Part shown: piece after piece, positions 13,427 through 26,258 of the stretch | Numbering within the stretch: the first letter of the stretch is position 1 | Layout: every line of letters starts with the position of its first letter | Assembly: GCA_051294905.1 (NCBI GenBank) | Contig: CM119372.1 | Coordinates: 32,862,001 to 32,926,000 of the forward strand | Source: Botryllus schlosseri | Taxonomy: Eukaryota | DNA length: 64,000 bases | Direction: 5' to 3' | Notes under the pieces: model-generated | Told to the model about the DNA's origin: nothing | What the model saw: the letters and a program-made list of their open reading frames with translations, nothing else | Databases searched by the model: none | Position numbers and translations under genes: made by a program

Positions 13427-14451
13427 CTTATCTCACTGTGATGATAATAGTATTGTAGCATCTTAGTGATTTTAAACTAGGCCTTTCGAGTCACAAGACG
13501 AATATTTCCACATAAAGTATATGTTTGTATAGGATAGGCCATCAGTAAATTCAGCAATTCATCGCGGTGTCGCACTCTTTTATGTTCGACGCGAAGGTCT
13601 TCGTTCACGAAACAGTTGTTTTGTGACATAAATGACAATGGAGTACAATTTCCGTATGTATATACTTGGACAAGACCTTGTATGTTTAGTATAATGCTTA
13701 GTCGAACTAATTTATTCGGTGATGTCAACTTGACCGTGACATTCTGTCCTTTGCCGCAATCTCAGTGTGCGGATTGTGACGAAATCAATCGCATTGTATA
13801 ATAATGGTAATATTATTTTGAAAATCTGAAAAGAGGACACTTTCTCAAAATTTTCAAACTTGCAAAACCGGAGGAAAATCCTGAAAAAATGGTAAATTTT
13901 ACCCACTTCGTGGTTGGTTGACTAAAAAAAGCTCAACTTTCTCTCTCAACGCCCAAAATACAGTTTTTCTTTCACATTATCAGGTGGTTGACTACAAAAA
14001 GTTCAATTTTTCGGCCCAGCCCCAAAATACACGTGGGTGCGTTACTTCAGTGCTGATTTACTATGTCCAAGTCTATTTTGCCATATTTACCAAAATTCTC
14101 AAAAAAGAGGACAAAATCTCAAAGAATAGAGCATTTGGGCGTCCTACGAGTAAAACAAGAGGACAAATCCTCTTAAAAGAGGACGTATGGTTACCATAAT
14201 GTATGTCAATGCAGGGGTCACCTCGGCAGTGCCCGCGGCTCCAGAGGTATCCTGTCAGACCAATTGAGTCGACTGCGGTCGCAGTAGCAAATGTATTCAG
14301 ATGAGATCTTTGAAGGACGAAGATGGAGAAAGGTTCCATATGAATAGCAGTTGAGCATGGGTCAGTCGACCCTAAGGAACATGCAATGATGCGAACGCAG
14401 TTTTCGAACGACGCATTGCTCGTCTTCGCCTGCGCCTTCGCAGAGGCAATT

Positions 14452-14638
14452 TAGTGCGGAGCGGATCGACAAATTCTCTGGTCCGATTCCGATTCGGTTT
14501 TTCAATTCTCTGGTCGGGCTCCGATCCGGCTCCGGCCTTATCAAGAAAAAGTGCAGATACGGCTCTGATCCGGTTCCGACCAAAATTGAAAATATCCGGT
14601 CGGATATCCAATCCGGCTCCGATCCATGCTCCGCACTA
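14452..14638. mobile_element. Small TIR element with TCCGAT/TCCGGC repeats
   Basis: tagtgcggagc / gctccgcacta TIRs; imperfect GAGGCA-containing flanking duplication; related fragment at ~29830-29915. Confidence 0.65.
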
Positions 14639-14810
14639 AGAGGCATACCGGCAATATGATCAATATTCCTGAGCCTCGACGCGGAGATTGGCGTTTCGCA
14701 GCGCAGTGCAACAACGCAACTGAGCTCGGAGACGTCGGTGTGAGTCCCAGAGAGAGTTATCCGTTCTTTGAAGAAGATTAAACCTGGCCCAGTGCTCTGA
14801 ATGTCTAAGT

Positions 14811-15677
14811 CAGGAGTGTCAAACTCAACTGGCATCGCGGGCCGTATCGAAACCTGCAAATCGCTCGCCGGCGGGACCAGTCAAATCATTCCACCATGTT
14901 ACCTCGACATCCATGCCCGCGAACACTTTATTATCAAGCCTATATGTAGGCCTAGATATTAGTGCGTATTTTATTATCTTTCGGGTCATAGGGGTTATAT
15001 TCTAGCAACACCTTTATTCAATAACAATGGCATTGGAACAATACGATGATTGACCGATTGAATACAGCTATAAACTGCAAAAATAGGGGGGTCAAAGGAC
15101 GATATAAGTTGGTATATTTATACGCTCCCTTTGCTTGAGTGGCAGTATGGTGTTAACACCTCGTATGCGCTGTGAGAAATACAGGAAATTTAACTGTAAA
15201 CGCGGACGTTGAAATTTAGTTTATTATCATTAAGTCGCGATTCGGGTTTGTCTGGAATCCGGGGAACTGCAGAGGCAGAGCCGTGATACACTAGTGCGAA
15301 CACATATATTTGAATTATATATCAATTATATTTTTTGTCTAATTAATATATTCTCCATGTAACATTACTAAGTGTGTACATTTGCCTACTAGGAATTGGG
15401 TGTCCATGCCACAAATTTGTTCCTACTGACGACTAGAGTGAAACCACAACATCGCTGTCGGGTGGTTATAATGTGGCCCATGAATTGAATGCACCCGACA
15501 TTGGCCGTCTTGAGGGATTATTTATTGGAAGTATTTGTTTCTGAGAAGCTCAGTATTTGCTGTAAATGTGCGCGATAAAACAAACCTACTCCCGTCTACT
15601 CAGAATTTCTTCACGGGCCGGATTAAATCGACTGACGGGCCGGTTGCGGCCCGCGGGCGTTATGTTTGACACCCCTG
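14811..15677. mobile_element. hAT (Charlie-like) MITE; insertion-free relative of 18506-20067
   Basis: caggagtgtcaaac / gtttgacacccctg TIRs; TSD GTCTAAGT/ATTTAAGT; colinear similarity with 18506-20067. Confidence 0.82.
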
Positions 15678-15856
15678 ATTTAAGTAAATAAATCAAACCT
15701 AGCACAGATGAACGGCATGAGTAACTGGTAGCCCATCGTATTAATCAGTACCAAGGACGAAGCTCACGCGGTTTCAAAATGGATGGTGACACCTGGTTCG
15801 GTGGTATATAGTCCTATCTCGCCCCCGTACTGCCACCACTATATTTCCAGTGTAGT

Positions 15857-17092
15857 AGGGGAGATGTGGTACCGATGGATCACTGGGACCGAAAATACCT
15901 GAAAAATTCTCCATGATAATTACATGATTACACTCCGTGAATTTGTCTACAATTACATGCTGACAGAATCTTTCCCCACATGCAAAAAAAATCGACCTGC
16001 GTGAGTTATGGGGTCTGTGACGAATGATTTACATTTTAGGGGGTGTAAAGTAAATTTGGATCGACATTTGCATTTTCCTATATCACCTTTCAGACTAACA
16101 AACCCGCCATAATTTTTGATGTGAAGTACAGGGCTTGTACCAGGGTATATAATGGCACATATTTTTTGATTCACTACCATGCTCGAGTGGACTATTTTCA
16201 AGTCAATTACAATATTTATGGGGTGGGGGACCTACGGCACCATATCCAAATCAAGCAAAATAGATGGACCAACTAATCACTCAACAACAGAAACTCGCCT
16301 ACATATATATAGCAGAGGTGGTCAGTAACGAAGTACTTCTACTTTTTGAAGTACTTGAAGTAGATTTTTTCTACCACACTACTTTTTAAGTAGTTATGAT
16401 TTTAGACTACTTCTACTTCTACTTGACAGTTTTCAGTTTTGTAGGCACAAATAAGCGTAAAATACCTACTTACTTACTTACTTGTGAACCACCACTTCTA
16501 CTTCTACTTGAGTAGAAGTTCCGGCGTTACTTCTACTTCTACTTGAGTAGCGACGGTGACTACTTTGACCACCTCTGATATATAGGCTGTAAATCATAGT
16601 TACCTGTGGTGTTTTATCGCTATTACAAGGTATTTGAAATTCAAAATGTCGATTTGCGGGTAATATGTATGTCGCATTAATTTTGTAAGCTAGGCGTAAA
16701 TCAAATCATGATTTTATGCCAACATTTGAGTTAATATAATCTATTTTATTCTTGAAGGTCGTGACGAAACATTCCTCATTGGCTTGCTGTAGCTTAGCTT
16801 ATAGTACACAACAAAACAAGTTAACAAATTTGAGTTTTTGAGCATATGTCTCATAGGTCCCGTGGTCGTGTGCCTTTGGACCCACCGGGTGGGGACCGAT
16901 GACACGTTCGAGCAACAAATTTTAAACGCCTATCAATATATTTTGAAAAGGCAGATATTCATGTAAATGTCCGCAATAGATAGAACTTGTATCGAAGTGT
17001 TGAGACAGCAAAAGATCTGCTATTCTCGGCTGAAGATTTGAGGGCCAGAGATCATTTTGCAATTTTTGATCCATCGGTACCACATCTCCCCT
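15857..17092. mobile_element. Unclassified TIR element (26-bp TIR) with a nested MITE
   Basis: aggggagatgtggtaccgatggatca (15857-15882) is the exact reverse complement of 17067-17092. Confidence 0.8.
16313..16577. mobile_element. hAT-type MITE, TACTT-repeat family
   Basis: cagaggtggtca / tgaccacctctg TIRs; TSD ATATATAG; relatives at 44242-44752, 61756-63023 and fragments near 34090 and 34445. Confidence 0.88.
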
Positions 17093-18505
17093 TCCTAAAT
17101 ATTAAAAGTCAATTGATTTGTTTAAATGGTCTATCGTATGGTAATAAGATATTCAACCAATATTCTGAACCCAAAATGTCTTATCAGATGCCTAAACTAT
17201 AGTAGGCCTACCTAAACAAATTTTGTAGACCAGTGATTTCCCAACTTTTCAACTAAAAAATTTACGAAACATCCCACGTTTTTTTTAATGATTCACGTTC
17301 CGTTACCAAATCAACACAAAACAACACATTGAATTTTGTCGTGTGCGAGGTACATGTGAAATCCTGTGTAAGCTAATCAATACCTACGTCAGTGCTCTTC
17401 AACCTGTGTGACCGTTCGCACTTGTGCGAATGATAAAAAAATGCAGTGCGAATGACGAGCATGGTGCGAAGGGGGCGAATGAAAATCCCGGATGAGTGCG
17501 AATGACGAAGGTGGTGCGAACAGTGCGAATGAAAATCCCGTATGAGTGCGAATGAAAATCGTGAATAATAATTATTAATTTTTCTGACCTGGAATAATTC
17601 AAATAAACCTTATAGGAAATTCAAGGGCAGTGTAACTTTTTTTGTTGCGACGCAATTGTAAAAACTTGCTCAACTTACGACGGACCACTAGTCGTAGCTC
17701 TCACAAGCCGTAGTGAATTAATATTTTCGCACTATAATTATTACGTGACCAAAAGCCTGGTTTGGAAGCTAATGTAGTGGCAGACATACAGTATATCAGC
17801 CCGTCTGAGCCTGCGACAGGCTGGGAAAATGACGTTAAATTGACTTTCTACTTACTTTCGCTAAACAATCATCATACTTCCATAATACCTGTTCGATTAG
17901 TGTGAGGCACGAGGATAGTAGTTAATACCATCATAACAGACTCCCATTTGCAGGTGACTGTAACGAAAATTTTACTCCTCCATCCAAGGGTTATTAAAGT
18001 ATGGACTGCAAAAGGTATAATTTTGGGTCTACACGGTGCCAGAGCTATCCGTTGAAATGTATGTAATATTTGTTGAAATTATTGCAAAAATCCTACGACA
18101 GTTTTTACAAATCTATGGTCACGGTGTTGGGTACTGGAGCGAATAAGCGGGACATGCAGAAAATATGGCTTTATCATGAGAATTCATGGTAAGAATTGCC
18201 CGACTGGTTTTTCTGGAAAATATATTCGAAGACCGTTGGGATGAACGACTGTAGGGACTAGGGATGTGCAACGAGCAAGTTCAGGTCTATGAGACTTATT
18301 CATTTCGAGGCCAACCACTTTCGCGTCGGGTCACATGAAGATGGAAAGTTTTGATCAACATACGGCTGATAAAATGCAATACCAAAACATAAGCGTCGAC
18401 AAAACCTTGGCCACAAAATGACCGATACTGGATGGCCAAACCATTCCATATGGATATGCTCCATTGACGGCACGGAATAGTCCCGTTTTTGCAATCTAAG
18501 TAAAC

Positions 18506-20067
18506 CAGGGGTGTCAAACTCAACTGACGTCGAGGGCCGGAATCAACACCTCAGATCGCTCGCGGGCCGCACCTAAATTCCCCATCCCCAAATTACCTCA
18601 AAATCGATGCCTTATTTTTCATTTGATTACTCCATTAACCAGCGTACATACACAATAGTGTGTTACGCTGTATTGCGGATCATAGGGGTTCTATTCTAGC
18701 TGCACCTTTTATTCGCCAACAGTGGAATTGGGCGGATGAGTCAAGTTATAGCCTATAAAGCAGTGGCTCTAACGATGGTTTAAGTTGGCATATTTCCATG
18801 CTCCCGTCGTTTTAGTCATATATTGGCATCAACCCTGCGAATGCGTTTTGAGGAATGGAAACACGGACGTTGGAATTTACTTCATAGTATTATATCGCGA
18901 ATCGAGTTTCTCTAGAGTAGTGGTTCTCAACCTTTTTTAGACACGCCCCCTTTATGATAGTGAAAAATTTCGAGCCCCCCTTATCGTCATATCACAAAAT
19001 CCAACCGGGATGCCAGCAACCCCAACAGATTGTTTGATGACATGGAAGGTTATGACTGTTGTCAAGAGAATTAATAATATGACATTCGGTCTATATAGAG
19101 AGAAACACGCTTGAATTGGAGGTAAATCGGGCAGAGACCCCCCCCCTTCAGGTTGAGAGCCACTGCTTTAGAGGCTGGGGACCTCTAATATATTTAATAT
19201 ATTTTCCATATAACCTATATATCAGGCTTTTTGGCGTTTTTACTTCTGTGAATAACTAGTCGTTGGTCAGTGAAATGAGTTCGCACTTTCTTGCCTTCTC
19301 GGAATTGAGTGTCAATGTCAGCGACCAGGTACTAATGGTGACTATAAGAAACCACAACAACGTCGTCTGGTGGTTATTAGGGCTGGGCAAAATCGAGTAC
19401 CTGAGTGATTCGATTCTGAATCACGTAATATGCTTCGAGTCGAGTCGAGTAATCGAGTATCACTCATTATGACGTCATAACAGAATGTAATATGTCAAAG
19501 TTCAAATATGTACCTTTTACGCGACCACAAAGAATGTAATGCCTGTTATCCATCACATTAAACACACTATGGTATTTTTTCGACCATGTTGATTTCATGC
19601 ACTTGGTGACAATGTTGTGGGATGATCATGGATTCGGAAATGTGCCATTTCCAGAAACGCTCGTAGCTTTGTACTACATGTTTCGTATGCTACGATACGG
19701 CCAATCAAGGTTTCAACACTTCAACATTGAAAATTAGTTACGAAACTATAGTTATTGTTGATAAATTACCTATCAGTGGCGAGAAGCGTATAATTTCAGT
19801 ACTCGAAAACATTGTCTTTTACTACTCGACTCGAATCATTAAAATTAATACTCGATTCAGATTCGAGTACTCGAATCATAGTGCCCAGCCCTAGTGGTTA
19901 TAATGTTGCCTATAAACATGCCCGACATGTGCTATCTTGAAGGACTATATAATGGATACATTCCTTACTAAAACTCTCAACGTCGTCTGATAGAAATGTT
20001 CTGGATATGACAAGCATTTATCAATTTACTCAGAATTGCTTCGCGGGCCGGATGTTTGACACCCCTG
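18506..20067. mobile_element. hAT (Charlie-like) MITE carrying two nested MITEs (~18918-19166 and 19378-19893)
   Basis: caggggtgtcaaac / gtttgacacccctg TIRs; homologous to 14811-15677 outside the insertions. Confidence 0.8.
19378..19893. mobile_element. hAT-type MITE, TACTCGA family
   Basis: tagggctgggca / tgcccagcccta TIRs; TSD GTGGTTAT; copy at 43391-43921, older copy at ~41452-41945. Confidence 0.88.
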
Positions 20068-20380
20068 GAGTAGACAGTAGCACAACTGCGACACGCAAAG
20101 GAATTTAATTCATCCTAATTTGAAATCGCGTGCATCAGACATATTTTGTAGAGCTGTGTTGGATAGAACTGTGGTGTGCGCGTTCTGTATGTCATGCATG
20201 TCCGTAAAATCATAGCATACTACTGTAATTCCTTTTCATGGGTGAGGCTCGGGTCGCGAGAAGCCACAAAACTCAGATTTTGGTGGTAGTCTAAAAGCTG
20301 CTTTAAATGTAATAAACTGTCATAAATTCTGAAGTTAGATTGAGCTAATGAGCAGAACACACAGTATCGTGAGTTTATTT

Positions 20381-20799
20381 TAGGCTTACCATACGTCCTC
20401 TTTTAAGAGGATTTGTCCTCTTTTTTCACTTTTTTGAAAGTGTCCTCGGAGGACGCCCTTTTGTCCTCTTTTTTGAGATTCTGTCCTCTTTTTTGAAAAT
20501 TTAGGTCAGATTTAGAGGAAATCTCGAGTGATATGCCGTAAATTAGCGCAGAAGTGAAGCTCCGGCGGGTAATTCGGAGGGAAAAGTGGTGATTTAAGCA
20601 CTGAGCGAAAAGAAGACCTTTTTTTTTAGTCATCCACCTGGCAATGTAGAGAGAAAAACGTTATTTTGAGCTCTGAGCGGTAGTGATGACCTTTTTTTTT
20701 TTTTTTTCTTTAGTCTTTCTTTTTTCTTCTCCAGTTTTGCATGTCTGAAATTTCTGAAAAAGTGTCCTCTTTTTACATTTCCAAAATATGGTAAGCCTA
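20381..20799. mobile_element. hAT-type MITE, AAAGAGGAC family
   Basis: taggcttaccata / tatggtaagccta TIRs; TSD GTTTATTT; relatives at ~13800-14197, 47432-47673, 53662-54044. Confidence 0.85.
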
Positions 20800-21469
20800 G
20801 TTTATTTGCTCTTACCAATACTTGCGAGACAGAAAATGGGTAATCCAAAAAAGTAGGAGCAACGTATCATAAGGTAGCGAGCTCTAATGTGCCTACTCTA
20901 CTTGATCATTTGGACCTTATTCGCCAAGACATAAGGCAAAGCCTCCACACAAACAAGTGGGTTTTTCACACTTTCGACATACACGAGCCTCCTATACCTT
21001 TTTATCAGCTCTCAAAATCGATTTTTTTTTCAGCAAGCATTTTTCACTCTTGAAAAATACGATGTTTGATAGGAGTGCAGAACAGACTTCGAGACCTGGC
21101 CATCCAAGCACTAGTAGAAGGGTTTTAGTGAAATAGCTGAAATCAAAACGAGCGAAAATAGTAGCCTTTTTAATGAAACACTTAATAGCCTAAGATACAT
21201 AGTAGCCAATTTGTTGCACATCTGAGCAAATAAATGTTGTATTTTCATCTTCTTTTTGTATAACAATTTTCGGTTAGTTTGTGTGAATGAAATTTATTTT
21301 ACAAAAAAAGTGCGAATGAAGCTCAAAAAGGTTGGAAAGCACTGACCTGCGTGATTCAAAAGATCTAATCGGTCATAAGCGCAACTATCCAAATAATAAT
21401 AAGGTTAACGTTACTTGATTATTCAATTAATTACTTTAACTTAACCTAACTTCTGAACTGACGCACCAC

Positions 21470-24400
21470 TGCTGTGGATGGGATGCCTGCCAAACGTTCT
21501 AGATATATCGCAACTGGACGTATCTGCCCCAGGAACAGGCGGATGACCCCAGAGGACTCGCCAACTCCGACCACACGGGAACACCAAAGAGGAGATATTT
21601 CTCAACATGGCGCCAGTGCAACACCGAACTGTGGATCACAAAACAGCTCTGCTGCAAAAGAAGAATAGAAGAGACACAGATGGAGTAAAGAAGAGTATGA
21701 AGAAATAATGAGATGTTACTTCTTAACCAACCTTGAAAACTCGGCAGGAGTAACCGAAGGAACTTTTCAAAAATGGAAAGAGAGAACAAACAACTCTCCA
21801 ACCATGACTGCCAATACCCTGGCAACTATGAAGACGCTGTGTAATCAAAAATTTATCAGAACAAGAACTCGCAGAAATCGAGAGTGAAATTTGAAACAAA
21901 AACACAACAAATTCTGAGGCACTACAACTTCAATTCGGCCAAGATGACCTGAATCCGCTACAACCACTTTACGACCATAACATAACAGAAGTAACATTAC
22001 AAAACACCACCGGACACCCGAATGAACCAACAACACCTAACTATGACGACATGAACACGGAATTAGAATTGGAGATCAAAAATCAAATCATCGACCGAAT
22101 GAACTCCACATTGGATATAAATGACAGAGTGAAATTACCTGACCTACTAATTACAAAGAAACTGAAAACTGATATTTCAGTAGCGAACAAAATTTTGACA
22201 GAAACCATACTACCTGCAATTCTAAATGAAAAACAAGAAGAAAGGCCACAATGTCCATTGACAACAATCAACAACTTCATTTACAGCACTGCAGCACTTA
22301 TCTCAGAAAGGCACTGCAAAATACCAAGACCTGTCAAAAAAAGGGGAAGCATACGCCAGATTGGCAACGTAAAATTGAAAACAAAATCGCAAAACTAAGG
22401 TGTGATGTTGCGATACTCTCAGAACTAAAAAAAAAGGAAATGTTTCTCGCAAAGTAAAAAATAAAGTAAAAAGAATAGAACTGGAATACCAAAGCAAACT
22501 GCAGTCAACAGAAAAAGTGACAATGTTGCAAGAAGAATTAAAAATGAGAATATGCGCCAAAGCACAACGATTGAAACGATATAAAAAACGAGAAACACAA
22601 TATCGCAAAAACTTGTTATTTGCTCGCATACCTGGCTAATTTTTCCGAGTGGTGAAACTGACGTCAAACCACAAAATTACCAGCAGCACAATACCAGCCA
22701 GTGCAGATGTGGAATCGTTTTGGAAAAAATATGAGAAACCATACAATTGTACAACCCAAATGCAAATCGGATAAGAGACCTCCACACTGACCAGCGACCA
22801 CCAACAAACACCAGAACAACAGTGGTCAGAAATCACAAAACAAGAAATCAAGGAGGCCCTAAAATGTTCGCTGAACTGGAAAGCAGCTAGTCCTGACCAG
22901 ATCAAAAACTTTTGGCTGAAAAAACTGCAACACATAAATACCTAGCAGCAACCTATTATCCTCAACCAACTCGCACGAGATCTTAGCCTGGTTCACACAA
23001 GGGATCACCTATCTTATTCCAAAAAATGAAAACACCAGAGACCCCAAGAACTACAGGCCGATAACATGGCCGACAACCATGTACAAAACACTGACCAAAA
23101 TCCGGGCTAAACGAAGCTATAAACACCTAGAAAACCTTCTTCTGTCTGAGCAGAAAGGATGTAAGGAATGCGTCCATGGCTGTAAGGACCACCTGCTCCT
23201 TAACAATACCATTCTTGAAAACTGCAAGAGGAGACACACTAACCTAAGCATGGCATGGATACACTACAAAAAAGCTTTCGATTAAGTCCCTCCCACAAGG
23301 ATACTGAAAACAATGCGTATACAAAATGAATCCGATCATCATCACACTTACTGAAGACTCAATGAAAAATTGGCATACAAAACTGTTGATCAAACATAAC
23401 CAAAGTGAAACAGAAACCTGTACAATTCAAATCCACAATGGTATCTTTCAATAATGCGACTCATTTTCGCCACTTCTATCCTGCGTCAGCTTAGCTCCGA
23501 TCCGTGAGTTGCTGAGGAAAAAGAAACAGGATACGTGATGAAAAAAGCAGCAAAGTCAGGAGGTCAAAAGATTCATCACCTTTTGTTCATGGATGATCTG
23601 AAATTGTATGCGAAATCCGATGCGGACCTGAATCACCAAATGAAAATTGTTCATGAGTTTTCGGAAAATATAAGAATGAAATTTGGCTTGGATGAACGTT
23701 GAAAACGTACCATACGTGGTGGCCGTGGAACAGTCACCGGCACTGGAGACATGAACTTCAAAATGGGTGAAACCATAACAGAATTGAATGCTGAAGATCA
23801 CTATAAATATCTAGGGATCTGTGAAAGCGACAACATCAAACATGCTGCAATGAAATTAAGTCTAAAAAAAGAATGCATTAGCAGGCTCAAGTCAATCCTC
23901 CAAACTGAACGCATTTCCGAGAATAAAATCAATGCCATAAACAGTTTTGCAGTGCCTGTCTTGAGATATAGCTTTGGTGTGGTGTACTAGCGCAAAGATG
24001 AAATGAAAAAATTGGACACAAATACTAGAAAACTGATTACAATGTACCACATGCATCACCCAAAATCTGATAGAGAAAGACTGTACATCCCCAGAAAAAA
24101 AGGTGGTCGAGAACTACTAGAAACTGAACAAACTTTCAAAACAGAAATCATCGGCTTGTCACAGTACATCAACAACAGCGATAACATTTACTGCAAACTC
24201 ATTGCACAGGAAGACAAACAGCACAAACCAGAATCTATGCTATCGGCACGACAAGTACGCCAGAGAAGTCAACATGAAAACCACTAACCTGTACAGTGTA
24301 CACTGCTGAAAACCCTGTTGCCAAACCCATAACAATAGCAAAAGCAGCACGAGTTCAATACAACGATGCAACACTCAAAATGAGAGAAACGATATGGGAG

Positions 24401-25590
24401 TCGATGCCTCTTCATTAGGGCTCTTCAAAAATGACTTTTTTCTCAAATCGCAATGGCTACTTAATAGAATTGTTAGGTTACCTAATTTAAGCCTACACAC
24501 CAAATTTGGTTCAATTCCAACCAGTAGCAGCATTGCTACAGGAGAATAATGTTTCTATTTATTATATAAAAATAAATAACAAAAAATTTGAAAATTTCCT
24601 GTTCACCCCATGAAAGCGGTAGGTTGTCTATAGAAACGACGTTCACCAAATTTGGTTGAATTCCAACCAATACAAGCGGAGTTATTGCCGTTGAAAAATT
24701 TGGACTTGAATAAAATAGTATTTACGGTGGGCACTACTATAATAAATAATTAAAGAATTGGTCACCGTAAATACAATTTCATTCATAATCCAAATTTTTA
24801 GACGGCAATAACTCCGCTTCCACTGGTTTGATATGAACCAAATTTGGTGAACATCGTTTCTATAGACAAGCTAACACTTTCAGGGGGTGAACAGAAAATT
24901 TTCAAATTTTTTGTTATTTATTTTTATGTAATAAATATAAACTTCCTTCTCCTTTAGCAATGCGGCTACTGGTTGGAATTGAATCAAATTTGGTGTGTAG
25001 GCTTAAATTAGGTAACCTAACAATTTTATCAAGTAGCCAGTGCGATTTGAGAAAAAAAAGTCATTTTTGAAGAGCCCTACTCTTCATGGACAGCACAAGA
25101 AGTTAACTTCACAGCCCCATGTACACGAGCTTTCATGGACCTAAGCGAAGGGTTCATTTTCGCAGCACAAGATCAATCGTTTCCTACAAAATACTATCGC
25201 AAAAGAATTCTGAAGCAAAACACGGACGGAAAATGCAGAATGTGCCACAACCAAAATGAAACTGTAGCACATCTCATATCCGGCTGTGGTGCACTTGCAG
25301 CTACCGAATACACATGGAGACACAATAAGATTCGTCACTACATTCATCTTGAATTATGCAAACATTTTAACATTACCACTTCGACAAAAAATTATTGCGA
25401 TTAGAGCCGAGCACCAGTTACAGAAAACGACCAAGTAATAATTCTGTGGGATGTACCAGTTATAACTTACCGCGAAATCAGGAGCAACCGCCCAGATATG
25501 ATCATCAAACTAAAAAAGAAAAGAGAATGCTTATTCATTGAACTGGCTGTCTCAGCTGATCACAACATACTACAAAAAGAATCAAAATCC
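21470..25590 (+). mobile_element. Decayed R4/Dong-like non-LTR retrotransposon (RT + CCHC + restriction-like endonuclease)
   Basis: Frameshifted/stop-containing motifs in order: HRWSKEEYEEIMRCY; WKAASPDQIKNFWLK; GITYLIPK..KNYRPIT; EQKGC..GCKDHLLL; LSMAWIHYKKAFD; HLLFMDDLKLYAK; YKYLG; RLYIPRKKGGR; PLHGQ; EGFIFAAQDQ; CRMC..ETVAHLISGC; RHNKI; RPDMII..CLFIE. The 5' boundary is approximate. Confidence 0.9.
24416..25079. mobile_element. Fold-back (almost fully palindromic) hAT-type MITE inserted in the retrotransposon ORF
   Basis: tagggctcttcaaaaatgac... / ...gtcatttttgaagagcccta; arms are reverse complements over ~290 bp; TSD CTCTTCAT; removal restores WESMPLHGQH. Confidence 0.92.
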
Positions 25591-26258
25591 AGAAACTACA
25601 GCATAAAGTACTCCGAATCATAGCTAGGGCCCCAAAGGGGCCTGGCTGCCTATCCAATAAGTCGCTGCTAAAGAGATTCGGCGTCCTAAACATAGAAGAT
25701 ATGCGGAAACTAGAAATCGCCAAGTTTATGTATCAGTTTCACTGCGGTCGTTGCCCCGAATATTTCAATGACTTCTTTACCTCTGAATCAAAAGCGCACA
25801 AGTACACAACACACGCGCGTCCACGTCGTCCAAATATCATATGATCGACCGAAAAGATCATCGCTCCATCAAATATGCCGGACCTGATGTGTGGAACAGT
25901 ATCCCGCCGGCCATCCGACAGTCGACGAGCATGTCCACATTCAAGTCGAAATACAAGCAATTACTACTAAATAAATACAGTCCATCCTCAAGATTACCGG
26001 ACCACGACTGACCTATCGATCTCGCTTCCCATGACATGCCGCCCTATTTCTTGTCGCATTCTTTTTCTATACTATCTTCTTTACTTTCATTCAGTGTGCA
26101 TGCCTCCTCTTTACATCGCCTAGGCCAAGGTGGGTGTCAGATTCCATAGACTACTCCTTGTCGCTTCGACATCTTCCTGTCTTTTCATTGTATCGCATTT
26201 TTGTGGTGTATTGAACTGATAAAATTGCTAATAAACCAATGATGATGATGATGATGAT
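25590..26258 (+). mobile_element. 5'-truncated Crack/CR1-group LINE 3' end
   Basis: KLQHKVLRII...LEIAKFMYQF...PEYFNDFF...SIKYAGPDVWNSIPPAIRQSTSMSTFKSKYK* (stop 26011); 3'UTR; AATAAA at 26230 and (ATG)n tail at 26239-26258. Confidence 0.85.
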
